The notes below the pieces were generated by a model. That model was given only the letters and a program-made list of their open reading frames with translations. It ran no database searches and was not told the DNA's origin. From Lama guanicoe (Eukaryota), in the NCBI GenBank assembly GCA_013239625.1, contig MU054323.1:10509186-10573185 (forward strand): a stretch of DNA of 64,000 nt. Reading direction: 5' to 3'. The number at the start of each line of letters is the position of its first letter. Within the stretch, counting starts at the first letter, position 1. The position numbers were made by a program, and so were the translations under genes. This document shows, in pieces, positions 26,528 to 39,638 of the stretch.

Positions 26528-26642
26528 TTGGTGGGGGAGGTAATTAGGTTTATTCAGTTTTTGAGGAGGTACTGGGGATAGAACCCAGGACCTCGTGCAT
26601 TCTAAGCATGTGCTCCACCATTTGAGCTATACCCTCCTCCCC
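26528..26642 (-). mobile_element. tRNA-Ala-derived SINE, Vic-1 type (camelid)
   Basis: Minus strand reads GGGGAGGAGGGTATAGCTCAAATGGTGGAGCACATGCTTAGAATGCACGAGGTCCTGGGTTCTATCCCCAGTACCTCC, then a short tail and A-run, with A and B boxes. 16-bp TSD tcatctgttacttttt (26512-26527) / tcatccgttacttttt (26643-26658). Confidence 0.88.
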
Positions 26643-26779
26643 TCATCCGTTACTTTTTGAGTTAGAAAAATAAACCACAGTGACTTTTATGCAGGATTTA
26701 AAAAATACATGTCTAATTGTGTCTCTTCTCTGCTTCTATATCTTGTGCTGCCTCTGGGTTGAAGTTTAAGCTACCAAAT

Positions 26780-27210
26780 TATGGCCGGCCAGGCTCCCTC
26801 TGCAGCCTCCTGCTCCACACTGGATGCTGCAGCAGTTCCAAACTTCCTGCAGATACCATGTCTCTTTGTTCATGCTCTATCTTTTGCAGAGATTATCTTC
26901 CCTTCTTTTCTTCCTTCTCATTGCTCTTCTTCATTCAGTTACATTCTAATCACCCTTTAAGACTCAGCTCAGGGTCATTTCTTCAAATAATCCTTCCGAA
27001 CTCTCCAGGTTGAGCGATGGTCTTAGTCCTGCATTTGCCAAGCACTGTGGACATCTCTGCCACTTACTTCCTAATGATGGTGTTACCTGTGCCTGTCTCC
27101 CACACAGGACACACTCATTCATTAAGAGTAAAGGTAGGCCTTTGTCATTGGCATACATCAATGCCTAGCACACAGAAGGAGCTCAATAGCTACTTAAACA
27201 GAACTGAACT
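26780..27210 (+). mobile_element. L2 LINE 3' fragment
   Basis: ctccacactgg...ccctttaagactcagctcagggtcatttcttc...atgcctagcacacagaaggagctcaatagctacttaaacagaactgaa. Confidence 0.7.
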
Positions 27211-27229
27211 CTTAATTTATGTTAACTAA

Positions 27230-27660
27230 TTGGTTGCCAGCAAGATTTTCCATTTTGCCCATCAGCAATGCATGGAGGTTACTGTTTTGTTTTGTTTTTT
27301 TTGTACTCTTGCCTGCAATGGGAATTACAATGTTTGTTGTTTCAATTTTCATTTCTTTAATTACTAGTGAGGTTGAATCATTTCCCCATGTTCTTTAATT
27401 AGTTATTTGTCCTCTTTTGTAAATTGTCTGTTCATTTCTTTTGTTTAGTTATCTATAGGAAGTTTGGTGTTTTCCTCGTTGATTGTGTAAGAACTCTTTC
27501 AAACAAGGCTATTAACCCTTTGTCTGTTATATTTGCTAAAAGAAATTACTCCTGTTTGTTGTCTGCCATTTAATTTTGTTTTTAATGTTAACAATTTGAA
27601 CAATTTTTATGTTTTCAAATCTTATATGTAAAGTTTACCAATTTATTTTTCTATATTGAT
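27230..27660 (-). mobile_element. Old L1M (L1ME-like) fragment
   Basis: catttctttaattactagtgaggttgaa...tgtaaattgtctgttcatttc...tattaaccctttgtctgttatatttgc. Confidence 0.65.
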
Positions 27661-30248
27661 GAACTTGAATGTTCTATAATGGCTTTCCTTAGTATTAATT
27701 TCAGTAATACTTGATAAAAATAATTACTATATTTAAAGGTATACTAATTGCTTTATGGATCTTTGGATGGAACTTTTAAGCATAATTATATTCATAGAAA
27801 TCATTAAGTGAAAAAAAAAAGAAAATCTAAGTGAAGTCACTGAATTTATATTGTAAATTAAGCTTTTTTAAGACTTCCTTAGCTATTGCAACTAGCAAGA
27901 GAGAAAAGCCATAAATTTTAAGTAAGATCTAAATTGCAAGATCTAAATAGTCAAGGCCTGGAAAAGAAGGTTTAGAAAAGTGTTTGCAAATCATCTGTCC
28001 TTAGAGGCCATTGTCTGTGGGTGGGCTTTCCCTTGGCTCCAGTCTTGGTCAACACTGGCTTTTAAATTTAGAATGGTAGGCAATGTTTAAAAGTCAGGAA
28101 ACATCAACCACATAAATATCTGTAGATTCAGGTGCTCTGGGAGAAAAAAAAAAGGTCTGGCAAGAACGGGTTTGGTTTTTTGGCAGCAATAATTGGCCAA
28201 TAATCCTCCCTGCTCCCATGGTTTGGACCGAATGAATATGATTTATATTAACTTCAATTCAGAAATTCTATAACTAAAGACCAGCTAAAGAAGCAGATGG
28301 TGAAATGACACCGATTGTGAGAGTCTGAAAATGCAGTTGGTATCTTGTGTCTTGCATTCTAATGGCCATAGGTAATGACAGTAAATAAATAGGGGCAGAC
28401 TTTCAATTTCTTTGGAAAACAAGAATGCTTTGAGTTTCAAAAATCAGAAGAAAAAAACACGAAGATCAATCAGTTGTTTAGGGCTAAAGAAAAAGGGTAA
28501 TTGTGAAACATTAACAAAAATGGTACAGAAAAAAAAACATTCGGTTATGGAAGAAATAATGTCTTTTCAGGCTGTTAGAAGTATAAGTTTGTGCAGAAAG
28601 AAAGTGCCTTAAGAGCCAGGCTAAAGGATCATAATGTAAGAGGAAAGAGAAAGGGACTGGAATACTTAGTGGCTGCATCTCCACTGAGGGAGGAGATGGT
28701 CAAAACTGGCCTAAAGGAGAACTTAGCATCAGAGTTCTGCACCTGCAATGGCCCAACTGGTTACATGGGAGCTAACCTGGGAGATGCTGCAGCCTGGAGT
28801 GGTCATGGCCCCACACGGACCACCTGGGCCAAATCCTGGCTCTGCATTATGTGTGGTATAATCTTACTGTAGGATGAAGTAAATAGCCTAAGGCATCTAT
28901 AAAATAGGGACAGTGACAGGACCCTCTTAAAGTCCTGCAGTGAAGATTCATAGAGGAAAACCATGTAAAAACACTTAGCATCCTCTCTGGTGTTCATCAG
29001 CAGCTCAGTGACTGTTGACTCTCATCACTGTCATCACAATCACTGCTATCACTAACAAGACTATCCTGAGCACTGAAGTTGTTGTTGACAACTTTCAATT
29101 ATGAGGGATATAAGAAATGCAGTAGGGACACATTCTCAAGGTCATAGTCATTATACAGGGACCTAAATGGAGCTGGGCCAGAGAAAGGCATTAGAAAGGC
29201 AGCCACTGTGATTTCATGGGTTCACTCTACTTTAAATGGAAGTTATTATCAAGAAGTTTTAGGTTTTGTTAGTAATTTTAATGGGGTCTATGAGAACTAT
29301 CTAGGTTTCATTTAAACCTTGAAGTTGAATGAAGTTACATTCAACTCAGAGTTTTCTGATCAATATTCTACCTGCACAGGTTTATACTGATGATATTTCC
29401 TAGGTTTCTGGAAGCTTGTTACTAGGCCTCAAGGGACGTGAGTGAGCCTTCATTTGGAATATATACATTTACACAGTTTAGCCTGTTATAAGTATCTCTC
29501 TTCCAGACAACTTGTATTAAATTACATTTCCACATTTTGATTTCTTCCTTCTTTTAATACTAACTGGTTAAATCAGAAATATCTTTACAAATGTTTCAGT
29601 TTTATTACTTGACAGTATTTCATACAGCATGTGGTCTATTCCATGGATAGGAACATTTATCATACAAATGTATAACAAAATCACGTAAACTTTGGTTTCA
29701 AGGTTCTATGTAAGTCCTAGATAGCTAGATGTTCACTGTCTGATTGATGGCTGAAAAAAAGCAAACTCGACCATTTTTAATGGAAAAAAAGAAAAGAATA
29801 AGGGAACTAAGCAGCACCCTGAAATTGAAAAATAACCTCTAAATTCTGCTTGTAAGTAGCCTAAAGCAGATCATCAAATAGCTCATTTGAAAACATTAAG
29901 ACATTGAAAGTGCTTGGTTTTCAGGAACCAAATCATGAGAAATGTAGGTATTTCCTATCCAGCCAAGGATACTGACACTCTCTTGGGGAACTACTTTTGA
30001 AATAATTCCAAGCAGATCCTCAGGGCTTGTGGCTCAGAGCTTACTGATTTCAGATCCTGGGCATTCAGCAAGAGGGATGTTTCAGCGGGTTGGTAGATTG
30101 GGGATGGGTAGTAGAGGTAGGTCAGCATCCTTTACTTTGGCCCTTTAACAGATGGGTGCTAGACAAAACTGACCAAGGGTTCTCAAATGAAAGCATTCTC
30201 CTTCATCTCAAACACCCATTGATAGGTACAAAACAGATTTTAAGATCT

Positions 30249-31647
30249 TATGGTAAGTCTATTTTTAGTTTTTTAAGGAATCTCCATACTGTTTTCCATA
30301 ATGGTTGCACCAAATGACATTCCCACCAGCACTGTAGGGGGGTTCCCTTTTCTCCACACCCTCTCCAGCATTTATTGTTTGTGGACTTTTTAACAGAGGC
30401 CATTCTGACTGGTGTGAGGTGATACCTCATTGTAGTTTTGACTTGCATTTCTCTAATTATTAGCGATACTGAGCATTTTTTCATGTGCCTATTGGCCATC
30501 TATATGTCTTCACTGGAGAAATGTTTGTTTAGGTCTTTTGCCCTTTTTGGATTGGGTTATTTGTGGGTTTTTTTTTTTTTGGGTATTGAGTTGTGTGAGC
30601 TGTTTGCATCTTCTGGATATCAAGCCCTTGTCAGTTGCATCATTTGCAAATATTTTCTCCCACTCTGTAGTGAATGTCTTTTCATTTTGCTTATGGTTTC
30701 TTTGCTGTGCAAAAGCTTATAAGTTTAGTTTATTTGTTTATTTTTGCTTTTATTTCTATTGCCTTGGTAGAATGCCCTAGGAGAACATTGCTAAGATTTA
30801 TGTCAGAGAATGTTTTGCCTATGCTTTCTTCTAGGAGGTTTATAGTGTCTTGTCTTCTGTTTAAGTCTTCAAGCCATTTTGAGTTTATTTTTGTGTATAG
30901 TGTGAAGGAGTGTTCTAACTTCACTGATTTACATGCGACTGTCCAGCTTTGCCAACACCACTTGCCAAAGAGGCTGTCTTTTCTTCATTGTATATTCTTG
31001 CCTCTTTTGTGATTCAGTAATCCCACTCCTGGGCATATATTGTGAGAAAACTCTAATTCAAAAAGATACATGCACTGCAGTGTTCATAAGAGCACTGTTT
31101 ACAACAGCCAAGACATGGAAGTAACCTAAATGTCTATCAACAGATGACTGCATAAAGAAGTTCTGGTATATACATACAATGGAATGCTACTCAGCCATAA
31201 AAAAGGATAAAGTAAGGCCATATGCAGCAACATGGAGTGACCTGGAGATTGTCATATTTAATGAAGTAGGCCAGAAGGAGAAAGAAAAATACCATATGAT
31301 ATCACTTATATGTGGAATCTAATGACACACATGAACTCATGTACAAAACAAAAACAGACTCACAGACATAGAAAACACTAGTTTACTTATAATTACCAGA
31401 AGGGCAAGGAAAAGTGGAGGGATAAAGTGGGAGTTCGGGATTTGCAGATATATATTAGTATATATAAAATCAATAAACAATACGGTCCTACTGTATAGCA
31501 CAGGGAACTATTTTCAATATCTTATAATAACCTATAATAAAAAAGTAAAAGGGAATATATATATATATATACACAAAATAACTCAATCACTACACTGTAC
31601 ACCAGAAATTAACACACTGAAAACTAACTATACTTCAATTTTAAAAA
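30249..31647 (+). mobile_element. Young 5'-inverted (twin-primed) L1: inverted ORF2 segment 30249-31010, sense 3' segment 31010-31647
   Basis: Minus ORFs encode the ORF2 C-terminus ([10 protein letters not shown]...CWWEC...WKTVW; KLEHSFTLYTKINSKW). The plus segment runs to an A-tail. TSD aagatct at 30242-30248 and 31648-31654. Confidence 0.92.
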
Positions 31648-32379
31648 AAGATCTACTATATATAGCATTGTATTGAGTGGGGTGGGGGATGTCTCTTAAG
31701 GGGTATATATATATATACCATTCTCATCCTCAAGGAACACACAGTATAGTGGAAGGAAATGCAAGAATAAAACAAAAGGCAGAGATAGGCCATAGGTGCC
31801 AAAGAGCTATAAAACAATGGACACTGGGACTTGGGTTGTGAGTTAAGATGGATGTAGGCATATGTCCAGTCTTCTGTGCCCTCTCCTCCAAGTTGACTCA
31901 GGGAGCTTGGACTTGCATACATGTGCTCGTCTGAAGCTCTGGCAAAGGGGTCCTCTGGGCCAAGAGTCCATAGTGCTTTTAAGAGATGAAATCCTATCTT
32001 TTTCCTCCTCCCACCCCTGGATAATGATGTCTGCACTGCATCCCCTGTTTGAGTTCTTGGGTTTCAAAAACTTCTGGTTGCTAGAAACAACTGATGCCAA
32101 ACAAATCTGACCTGAAAAGTTCTTCCTTCTTTCTGGCTTCTATAAACATTACATGATCATCCTTAATCACAGGCCTATCTCTTCTTCATTTTCAAACATG
32201 TTATTCTGTTTATGTATGTGTTATAATGCTTCAGATCATTCACAGAACCAGAGAACTTTAGACTTGGAAGGACTCCTAGACTTGAACATTTTTAATTTCA
32301 CAATGACACATTTTTACTTATCTTAGGGTTAATTCTTGGCTAAATGCATTCATCCTGCCTTTCACAGGAGTCCTTTTTA

Positions 32380-32890
32380 CTCTTAATTTTGCCTATAGAA
32401 TAAAGCCCAAACTCTTCAGCCTGACCCAACATGGTCCCCTTACACCTCCCTGCCCTCAGGTCCTGCAGTTCATTCTGTGACCTGATCCCTAATCCACAGA
32501 GTTGGGCACTGCTATCCTTGGCCATTCTCCTCCATGCCACCAAACCTTTGCACAGACCATCTTCTCTGCCTTTCCTCCCCTTCTCAACCTAGAAACCTCC
32601 TACTCACCCTTCAATGCCCATTCAAAGGTTGCCCTTTTGGTATGCCTTTTCCAACTTCCTCAGGCAAAGTTAGTCTTATCTCCCTTTCCTACACCCATAA
32701 CTTTGTGTATATTTTCCAAAATTTAGTTCCCTGTGTGCCTATGTTTCCAGCTAGTCTATATTCTCCCCAAGGGTATACATGACAATTTATTCATTCAGCA
32801 TTCATCTATTCATTTATTCACTCATTCTCCCCAGCATTTATCCTAGTCTTGGCAATAGAAGATACCCATAAGTGACTCCTGAATTAAACT
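32380..32890 (+). mobile_element. L2 LINE 3' fragment
   Basis: gcctatagaataaagcccaaactcttcagcctgac...cctttgcacag...tcctactcacccttcaatgccc...atacccataag. Confidence 0.7.
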
Positions 32891-33844
32891 GACAGGGAAT
32901 TTAGGTTTAGAAATGTGAAATAATCCATTAATTGCTATAATCAAATTTGAAAAATTTAAGAGTGTAGCCTAGAATTTTCTGTCCATAAACACTAACGTAT
33001 ACACACACAGGTGCAAAACCTATCTTTCTGGTCAATATGCATCCAGTACCTGATACACTTTGAAAGATTCTGACAGGTCTACCCAGACCTGAAACAAAGA
33101 CAGTTCCTGAAAAGTTCAAAGGATGTTAGCTTAGCCACCTTAAGTGGTATAGATAACCCCAAACTGAACTTCAACAGCCTTTCCAGAAATCAGTGTTTTG
33201 AAAGGGGACCCATCTGATGGCCTTGGGACCCTTACTTGGTAGGTGGTTTTTTAAAGATTCAGAACTACATCCAAGGCTATTTGTTAGGAATTCAAAGAGC
33301 CAAGAGACCAAACATCTCAGGACCTTGGATAACCAGGTAGGAATGACAGAGTAAGTAAGAGAAGTAGTCCCAAACTCCTGCCAAAAGAGGCTCACTGGCT
33401 AAACACTTGTCACCACTGACAAATACTAGAGATTTCCAGAATTATGACAGAACTTGTAATATGTTCAGCTTCCTAATTTTCATTGTCTCTTCATATTCTG
33501 CATATGTGCCATCAACCCTTAATGAGGTTCTAAATCTTCATTTGGGGAGATATACTTTTGTTAATTTATCACCTTCGGTCCCATGAGAAATGTATCTCAG
33601 CAAGCCATGGATAAATTATTGTAAAGCATATTTATTTAGTACAACTAATTATTGCAACATTTGGCAAAGGCAAATGAATAAATCATAAACAAAGAGCAAT
33701 GAGAGTAGAACTGCTGTGTATAAGTTTATGGTAAGCATATATGTGTGTGTTTAGACATGCACATACATGCGTGTGTGTTTGTGTGTGTTCTGGCCTGGCC
33801 TGGGATTCAAATAGGATGTCTGTCTGGGAAGAGACACTTTTGAT

Positions 33845-34758
33845 CTGTACTGTCCAATACAGTAGCCCCATGCCCTACATGGCTATTGAGTTTTTGAAAT
33901 GCAGTTAGTCCAAACTGAAATGTGTTATAAGTACAATATACACAGCAGATTTTGAAGACCTTATTTTAAAAAATGTAAAATATCTCGTTATTTGGTAAGC
34001 AGTCTTGAAGTTTCTTAAAATGTTAAACACAGAGTTAATGTATACCTAGCAATTCCATTTCTTGCGTAGGTACCTACGCAAGAAAAATGAAAACATTTGT
34101 CTACACAAAGATTTGTATGTGAATATTCATAGTAGTTTTATTCATATGTAATAGTCAAAGGCTAGAAGCAGATCAGATGTCTATTAACTGGTGAATGGAT
34201 AAACAAAATGTGGCATATCTTTATAGTGGAATACTATTCAGCAACTAAAAAGGAACAAAGTACTGATACTGCTACAACATGAATGGATGTTGAAAACAGT
34301 ATGTTAAATAAAAGAAGCTAAACACAGAAGACATATTTTATGACCACCTTTAAAGCTGTAGAGACAGGAACTAGATTAGTGGTTGCTTGGGGAACTAAGA
34401 ATGACTACAAATAGGCTGAATGCTTTTTGGAGGGCGATGGAATTGTTTTAAAGCTAGACAGTGGTGATGGTTGCACAACTGTAAATTATGGAAAAATCAC
34501 TGAATCTTACACCTAAAATGAGAATATTCTGTAATATGTAAATTATACCCAATATCTCATTAATATGTAATGGTTTCCAAAGTAATTTTTGATGTAATAA
34601 TTTTTACATCATTGACATGTTGAAATCATGTTTTAGATATATTAGGTAAATAAAATGTAGTAAAATTAATTTCACCTATTTTTACTTGTTTAATGTGGCT
34701 ACTAAAAGATTTCAAATTGCACATGTTTCTTGCATTATATTTCTATTGGACAGCACAA
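33845..34758. mobile_element. MER33-like Charlie MITE split by an L1 insertion
   Basis: Termini ctgtactgtccaata and tattggacagcac. The halves are 33845-33990 and 34551-34758. Confidence 0.8.
33991..34550 (+). mobile_element. L1 3' fragment (L1MB/L1MC-type) inside MER33
   Basis: gtttcttaaaatgttaaacacagag...ggtgaatggataaacaaaatgtggc...gtggtgatggttgcacaact. TSD aatatctcgtta (33979-33990) / aatatctcatta (34551-34562). Confidence 0.85.
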
Positions 34759-35321
34759 CTTTAGAACTAAGCACAGCTCCACTGCTCCACAGCTCTATTC
34801 AATTTCAGAGAATGTGCTTCCTTTCTTTCTGACTCACAAGCCCCACATGGGAACAGAGTGCTTGCATCCTTCAAAAGACCTTAAAATAAGGGGGAGTTGC
34901 CTGGATTACAGCTATTAGGTGACTGACTACACAGCAGCACCCTGGTGATTGGAAGAGGAGTGTTGGGCTGGGCATGGAAGAAGGTGTGGCCCTTGGCCAG
35001 TTGAGGCACAGGAGCTTAAGGGGAAACCAAGTTCAGTGTCAGCAGGGCATCCATCATGTCTGAAAATGGATCATGTTCATTTACATCCACACAGCCACAT
35101 ACACTATCTCTCTCAATGCCAGTGTTATCTGCTAAAATAAGAATATAAGCTACTAAAACCACTTAGGAGGATCTAAGCTTAAATGCTACTAACACATTGA
35201 GACAAAACTAAACTTTATTTTAAAAAATAGTATGAAACAGTATGTTAAATGGGTAAATGTTAGTGGCCTGGCGTGGGGCTGGGAGTGAAGCAGGGTTATT
35301 ACCATTCTCTTTTTATCTGGG

Positions 35322-35500
35322 CCAGTGGTTCCCAACTCAGGCTTCCCATTAAAATTACCTGGAGGACTATAAACACATGTGGATGCCTGGACTGCATCCC
35401 CAGATATTTTGATTTAACCAGTCTGAGGTTGGGTCATGGTAATGCTATTGGAAAGGTTTTCAAAGTGACTCTAACATAGGCTAACACGAGAGTCACCTTG
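35322..35500. mobile_element. MER5-like hAT MITE
   Basis: cagtggttcccaactc...cattaaaattacctgg...gatgcctggactgcatccccagatattttgatttaaccagtctg. Confidence 0.7.
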
Positions 35501-35859
35501 CTCAGCAAGCACTTAATAATCGATTTAGGATTAACAGAAAGAGGAGGAGGAAGACATGGACAAGGAGGAACAACAGACTCCCACAGGGCACATGAACTTT
35601 GCAATCCTCCTCCCAGACAGGGCAGGGATCCCCCTCTGCTCTCCCTGGCAGCCATCCGACTTCTGCTGGAGAACCTCGAGGAGGATGCTGCCTGCAGCTT
35701 GTGAGACAGATCCTTCTGTGTTGGACAAGCTTTAATTGTGAGATGTGTCTTAGTCCAAGCTCAAACCTGCTGCTCTCTAACGTCCACTTATGGGTCCTAT
35801 CCTGCCATCTGGACAGGACTGAGTAAGTCCACCCTCTCCCCACACAACGGTCTTTCCAC

Positions 35860-36120
35860 GATTTGAAAACAATTATCAGGATCTCTAGGTGTTCCCTGTT
35901 TCACACTATACACCTCCAGTTCTTTGATTAGGTGCAGCCTCCTCTCCAGGCCTGTAACCTTCTCTCAGTATGAGTTTGTCAGTTTCCTCTTTAAAATGTG
36001 GAAACTCCAAATGCTCATCCTCCAGATGGTGTCTGCCCAGAGCTGAGTACAGTAGGACAGTTTCATTCCTTGATAAGGTTATTACACTCCTAGTAACGCA
36101 ACCATCACAGTGCATTAGCT
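35860..36120 (-). mobile_element. CR1/L3 LINE ORF2 fossil
   Basis: Minus ORF peptide VLLYSALGRHHLE...PHFKEETDKL resembles the CR1 ORF2 C-terminal motif PLYSALVRPHLEY...PHFKKDIDKLE. Confidence 0.75.
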
Positions 36121-38212
36121 CAATAGCAGAACAATTGGAAAGAGGAGAGGGAAGAGGAAAGGAGGGGGGTGAGAACTAGATTTCTGAAATTTTTCATCTG
36201 TAAAATTTTAATATTTGAGTATAGAGCTTCACAAAATGCTCATCAGAGTGAATGTAGACCAAATTTACAAGAATGGAGGGATTGTGGGCAGAGAAAAGGA
36301 TTTCTTTTTGTTCTAACTTATTTCTTAAGTATTAGCCCCTTCTATCAAGTTGGAGTAGTGACCAAAGTTTGGGGCAAAATGTCTATACTCAAAGGCTTAG
36401 CAGATCTGAAAGGGCTAGTCCATACTGGGTAAGGTACCTTCGATTTGGGGAAATGACTTGGTTCCCAAAGATAAGATCAAATGCAAATCACATCCCCTGC
36501 CTGGACAGGCTGTTTAAACTCCATGTGTGAACTGAAGCTGATCCTTACATTGCTTTGCTCAAAAAAACATGGCCTCTCAAAGGGCAGTAGCCATGTTTGA
36601 CTCCTCTGTACTGGCAGAGGGCCTAGAACATGGTAGAAAGTATTTGCTTCCCCGCAATTAATTACCTACATCTCTCTTCAAAGACAATTCATATCAGATT
36701 CAATTTACGTATATCAAATACTCATTCTGTGCTAGATGCCTAGGTAGGGTGCATTTACATATGGTTTATCATATAAACTTTTTCAGTTTTTTGCAATGAG
36801 GTAACTTGGATTACAAGATGGAAGGGAGACACTGATTACTATTCAGAAAATATCACTCTTTTCTGACTCAAGGAGGATGGAAAATTGATATTGCAGTTAA
36901 GAGAAGCTCCACGGAAGTACCAGAAAAACTCAGGAATATCTGGTCCTTCTAACTAATTTTGCAACTAGGACAATTTTCAAAACCGAGTATTTCCCCTTCC
37001 ACAGTGACACTGCTCATGGATCATGGCTCCTTCCCCTGTGAAATTAGCAAAATTCTACAGACAGACATGGCAGAGGCTGAATGACACATCAGGAAGAGGT
37101 AGGACAATTGATGATTTTGTAATATACAAATCAATAGTCTCTTTCTGATGTGAAGAGCTGCCCTCCCCATCCCTGGGGATAATACACCTTTTCCCAGGGA
37201 ATAATCCTTCTGAATTCTGGACTTGGACTCTCAAAGGCCAATCTCGAGTAGGTGACAGGCACTTTCTCTTACCTATGTTATCTTTTTAACTATCAAAATC
37301 AAAACAAAATCAAATCAACAGAGGAGCAGACACTGTCAAATGAGTGTTTCAACAAAAATGAGTGAGCACAGAACACCTAGCCCTGTGCCTGGCATGGAGG
37401 CTCTCCACCACCACTTCTCATCCCTAGACAAGGGAAAGACCACTGCTTTCTAGCTCTTTTGAGACCATGTGGCAAAATGCCCCCCTCCTCCAAGATATCC
37501 TGTTGCTACCAAGGTCATCTGGGGGATGCCTCACAGTAGGTTGTTCAATCCATTCACTTTTTTTCTTTCTCTATATCTCTCCTAAGAAATAAATGAAAAT
37601 AATAAAAAGCACCCATATTTGCAGAGTCCTAGAATGGAAGAGCTCAGTTTATCCACCGAGATCATCATCAGTGATGAACCAGAGGCCCCAAGAAGGGAGA
37701 TGACATCTAGAGCTCTGGTCTGAGTCAAAAGACAGGTTGAGCTATTCTTGTCATTTTCAGTTGTTGCTTTACTTTTTGGTGTGTTTGTGCTGCTATAACT
37801 TGATTTTCCCATGGTTCTTCCAGGGTTTGATCTGACAGGACCCCTGTGCCTCTTGTTTTATTATAGAGGTACAGGGAAGGGGGTCCTGCCTGCTGAGGGC
37901 AAAGTGATTGAAAACTTCTGTTCTGATATACTTTCTCTTAAGGCTCTCACTATGGCATTTGCCAAGCTTCTCTGAGTTCTTCCCAGGAAAACAAGAAATT
38001 AGATGCTATGCCTGTGATGCATGTGGCAAGGCAGCCTTAGAAAAAGACACAACAGCATCACAACCAATAGAACAAAACCAGCCCCAAAGCAAAGTTCCCA
38101 GCAACCCTACTTGGGGGAGGGAGTGCTATGGTGGACCAGATAACTGCAGGCATGGCCCATGCTGGGCTCTGAGTCACTGCACAACCTTTACTTTCTTCCA
38201 CCTTCAGCTAAA

Positions 38213-38370
38213 CCAGTGCTTTCCAAACTGGTCTGGCTTGAAAAAATACTAGTCTCTGTGTTTCACTCCCAAGATTGTGATTAATCGGTCTGGGTGGGAC
38301 ATTGGCTTTGACAATTTTTTAAAAATTTCCAGGAAATTTTAATGTGCAGGTAAATTTGGGAACCACCAGG
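38213..38370. mobile_element. MER5-like hAT MITE
   Basis: ccagtgctttccaaactgg...gattgtgattaatcggtctggg...tttaatgtgcag...tttgggaaccacca. Confidence 0.65.
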
Positions 38371-38751
38371 ATGAATTGTTGAAAAGCACTGTTTTTAGAA
38401 GAGATCCAGGAATTGTATAGTATAATAGATTATTTTTAAACTCTGACCAGTGATTCTAGGGTAGCTCAGGAAAGGCGACCAGTTTCATTTCTACAAGGCT
38501 GCTCTGCCACGACAATGGACATATGATGGGCCCTCAAAGACACTCTGCTTTCTTCCTTAGGAAGGAGAAGACTTTGCCTGCCTTCAGGTTCACCATTCAT
38601 GAACCTTTCTAGAGAGGCAGGACAGCTCACCTGTCACTGGGACCTCAGACTTAACAGGCCATGTATAACCAAGGGCATTTATCAGAATACCCTTTCAGGA
38701 TAACAGTATAGCCCAATGATGTGAGACTGTTTTCAGAAAGAAGTAGAAAAT

Positions 38752-38783
<32 letters not shown>
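38752..38783. repeat. (AAC)10 microsatellite
   Basis: Ten perfect AAC units at 38752-38781. Confidence 0.95.
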
Positions 38784-38784
<1 letters not shown>

Positions 38785-39638
38785 ATTCGCAGCTTCCATT
38801 TACTGGTCACCTACTCTGTGGCAGGCACGGAGCTGGAGAAGATGATTGCACGACACAACTCTGGCTGACATTGTGAACTCTGGGGCCCAGTGCACTGTGG
38901 CTCTGCGTGGCAGGCTTTAATGTGCCCTCATTCGATCCTTACATAAATCTTCTATTTTTGCAGATACAAAACTGAGGCAAAGAAGGTTCAAGTCGAAGAA
39001 CAAGAAGACCCTAAATGGTGAAATGGAATCTTAAACCTAAGTTTACTAGCATGTAGCTTCCTAATGGTGAGCCTGAAGGGCACTGCAGGAAGATGAGAGG
39101 GAGGGAGCGAGAGAGAAAGAGAGAGAGAGAGATGGATATAGATATAGATACCCCGGGACTTGTTTGGCAATCCTAAGGGAAGCTTACAGTTAGTGAAGGA
39201 AGGGTAACTAGAGCAAAGGGAGGCAAAGAAAAGCAATCAAGTGTTAGAGACTAGGCATTAAGCAAGTGGATTATGGGAAAAAAGTATTTGTTAGCTACTG
39301 AATCAACACCAACAGAGCTTAACAAATGAGGGGAGCCCCAGGGATCTCCTCAGTCATATTATTCAGTGGAGAGTCCCCAAGGCAGTGGCCCAGCTCTCTT
39401 AATCTCCAGAAGCCACCTTTCCCTGGGCTTGTTTATCCCACGGAAGAGCAGGATGGACAGCAAGACAGAGGCAGCCAGCCTCACCTGGCCAAGTCCTCAT
39501 TGCACAGCGGCAACTTCATAGCATCTTACAAAATAGAGAGATTGTTATTCTGAACATAAACTCTGTTTTATTCTTGGAAGGGTTTTTTTACATTTTGCAT
39601 ATATGTTCAATACTTGGTGGGATTAAATTAGAGCAGTT

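Noticed and set aside
26565..26640. Possible tRNA gene (Ala body, AGA anticodon)
   Set aside because: It has a SINE tail, an A-run and a 16-bp TSD, plus acceptor-stem and T-loop defects, so it is a retroposed SINE.
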